A stretch of 64,000 nucleotides of DNA, from assembly GCA_965202585.1 (NCBI GenBank), contig OZ241827.1, positions 19,902,001-19,966,000 of the forward strand. Direction: 5' to 3'. Source of the DNA: Thalia democratica. Its lineage: Eukaryota. This document shows positions 61,401 through 64,000 of this stretch, one piece after another; the first letter of the stretch is position 1, and each line of letters opens with the position of its first letter. The position numbers and the translations under genes were made by a program. The notes below the pieces were generated by a model. That model searched no databases and was not told the origin of the DNA. It saw only the letters and a list, made by a program, of their open reading frames with translations.

Positions 61401-64000
61401 TATGTTTTAAAAAAAGGAGAATTAGTTTTGTGTTTCTGAAAGATAATGTGACACTTTTACAAAAAGTATTAGTTTTAAGCAATATAATATAAGCTGTTGT
61501 ATTTCTGAACTTTAGACACAAAACTGTATAGACTAGTTAAGTATTTTTTGTTTGTAAATAAATCTTGTTAATAATAAAATTATTTTAAATTTCACTAGTT
61601 TACATATACTAAATACTTTGAAAAATACACTTGAAGAATAAAAACTAGTTTAGTAATTATCAACTTTAGCAAACTAATGAACTCGAAAGTTAGTCTTGAC
61701 TGTTAAATTATTTTGAAATGAGCTTACACAATAAAGTTTATATTTGTTGACTAAGGTAAAAATAAATTAAACATTGAATTTTAACGTTTTATAAAATAAA
61801 ATAAAAATCCTTTTTTTTTGTTTTTAATTAAACTAATTATAATTTTGTAAAAAATATATATGACTAGATGCAAATAACTTTTTCATGATAATGTACAAAC
61901 TAGAAGGGTAAGCTTTTATAACGTCATAATTTCTCGAATACGATTATGTTATGTCAGAAAAAACGATAGCACTATTGTATTTTTTATAAAAAGTTTTAAA
62001 CAAAGTTTTTATTCGACAAAACTCTAATAAACACCTGTACAATAAGCTTATAAATTTTAACTCAAAATGATATAAATACAGTTATAAAATCAATGAGATA
62101 ATTAAGAACACTACTGATAAATCTTGAGAAACCTGTACATCAGCTTAAAAGAAAAGCAGAAAGCAAAACGTAGCAAATTTTCTTAAAGAATTTACTGTTT
62201 TGAATATAAATATTTACTTAGATTATAACACTTTATGAACTTTAAGAACATAAACTTTTTATACAGTATAAAATTTGAATGGTTAAAACAAGCCATTAGA
62301 ATATAAACACAAAACTTACTAAAAACTTGTAAATTTGTATTAGGGGTATATATTTAGAAACACATATTTTTTTCAAATTAACTATTATGTCAAAAAACGT
62401 TTGTACCTTGTATATCATTTATTAGAAATTGTTTAAAGTGTGTTTTTCTTTAATTAAACTATTGTATTAAATATCAAACGTAATATACTTACTTTAATTT
62501 TGTTATACCTTAATTTACTAAAACATTTACCTTGTTATATCAATGAGTAAGAATAAACAAAACTTTACTATAAGAAAAATAGATGACTAACATTAATTAT
62601 ATTAAAAATTTCTTTTCTTTTAACAAGTGTTTGATTCAAAAACAACAAATAGTTTTAAAAATTATCAGCTTTTTTTTACTTCGAAGCAAGGTAGGTTTTA
62701 CCATTGCTGTAACATCTTTGCTAACTTAAATTTTCTTTTAATGTTATGGTATAAGATTACTGTCTTTTAAACTCCTTGAAATCAATCAACACAATCACTT
62801 TTTCACAAACTTACTATATATGTTTTAAACCGTTAAGCTTTAAATATGAAGTATTGGTTATAACTTTTCTAAATAAAAGTTAATAAGCTGTGTCAGAGTT
62901 ATTTTTGCAAATTATGTATAACTATCAAAACAAATCAATATTCATCTTCACGTAAAAGACATAACACAACAAACGTATAAAAAAAAATATTTATCTTATC
63001 TATCATATTTTCAATCTACAACACAACTCAACTATAAATAACCAAACTCTTACAAAACATCTAAACTAAACAAAATTTTTGTTAGTGTATTTGAATTTAG
63101 TATTTATAACATTACTAGTATCTCATACAAAATTTAAAAAAGGTTTTTTTGATAATTTATAATTTTCTATCTAGTGAGTAAACATTGGGTTTTAACATAA
63201 CTAAACTTTGTTTAAAACAAACACATATGCACAAACTTTTTTGTAAAAACAAGCGCTTAAAAATAAAATACTTTCAATGTATTAAGTCCTAATGCAAAAC
63301 TCAATAGATTCATATTGTCAGCAGTTCGGTCTTTTGTACTACAAACCACTACAAACAAAGAAAAAGGCAAATGCAGTCTGTTACAACTGTGTGTGCAGTG
63401 CGCATTATAAATGTGTCAGTGTGAAATTCTACTGACAGCAGCAACACTTGCTGCAGTAATGTTTACTGTAATGAGCTTTTATCTAGTTTAGCTGACAGTT
63501 ATCAATTAAAAAGTTCTAATTGTTGCACTTTTAAACAGAACATTTAATTTTATCTTTCAACCACTAGTTTAATAAGCTTCGTAATTTATGTTCGATGACA
63601 GCTAATTTTATATTTACAGTAAGTTACTGTATATTTTTTGTTACTTAAAATAATAACAAAAATCTTAGTATTTTCAAAACTAAACTAATTGATCAAATTA
63701 CCAGCTGTAAAGGCAATTTATATTTCTTGACTGTTAAACATAATTTTATTATCATTAAACTAAAGTCTAATAGGTTTTTATCATCTAAAACTTTCATTTT
63801 CTAGCAGAAAAAAACTCAAAATTTAAAAAACTTGTAATTTTGTGCTTTAAGTGCTAATTCTTAAAATGTTAAATTTTAATGTTATTAGTATTTTTTTCAA
63901 CTATTACGATAATTAAAAAACTTGTGTTTTTCAAGTAAATCATAAAAAAAAAAATTCGTATGAAAGTCGCAGTCTATCGACCTTTGATTTAAGTAGTCTG

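Noticed and set aside
63420-63475. Possible terminal exon (VNITAASVAAVSRISH*) of a minus-strand gene beyond the window
   Set aside because: Too short, with no partner exon in view to test phase.

Overview
This is very AT-rich eukaryotic genomic DNA with many short GT-AG introns and GC-richer exons. The gene content (LU-CCP-VWA mosaic protein, TGACGTCA-rich coding repeats) suggests a marine invertebrate, probably a tunicate; this is inference only. I found no rRNA, tRNA or CRISPR array. Seven spliced genes can be assembled by hand, most with consistent intron phases: (1) the 3' end of an unknown gene; (2) a 151-aa secreted, cationic protein with 10 Cys in the mature chain; (3) a 19-exon, 701-aa secreted protein with a Ly6/uPAR-like domain, 6 Sushi/CCP domains and a VWA domain; (4) an E/N-rich repeat protein, partial model; (5) a secreted CUB-like protein with its last junction unresolved; (6) a CSAD/GADL1-like PLP decarboxylase with 13 or more exons; (7) a divergent HP1/chromobox protein. 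There is also an intronless RING-HC frame with one internal TAG. Mobile DNA includes three copies of a composite hAT MITE, Charlie-type MITEs, a MULE/foldback element and Penelope-like (PLE) fragments. The most striking feature is in a decarboxylase intron (43.3-44.85 kb): a young PLE 3' end forms a near-perfect 482-bp inverted repeat and carries three minimalist type I hammerhead ribozymes. Two of these lie in tandem on the host sense strand 370 nt apart, a retrozyme-like arrangement. The same gene has duplicated acceptor/exon-start stubs in front of three exons and a perfect 162-bp inverted duplication.
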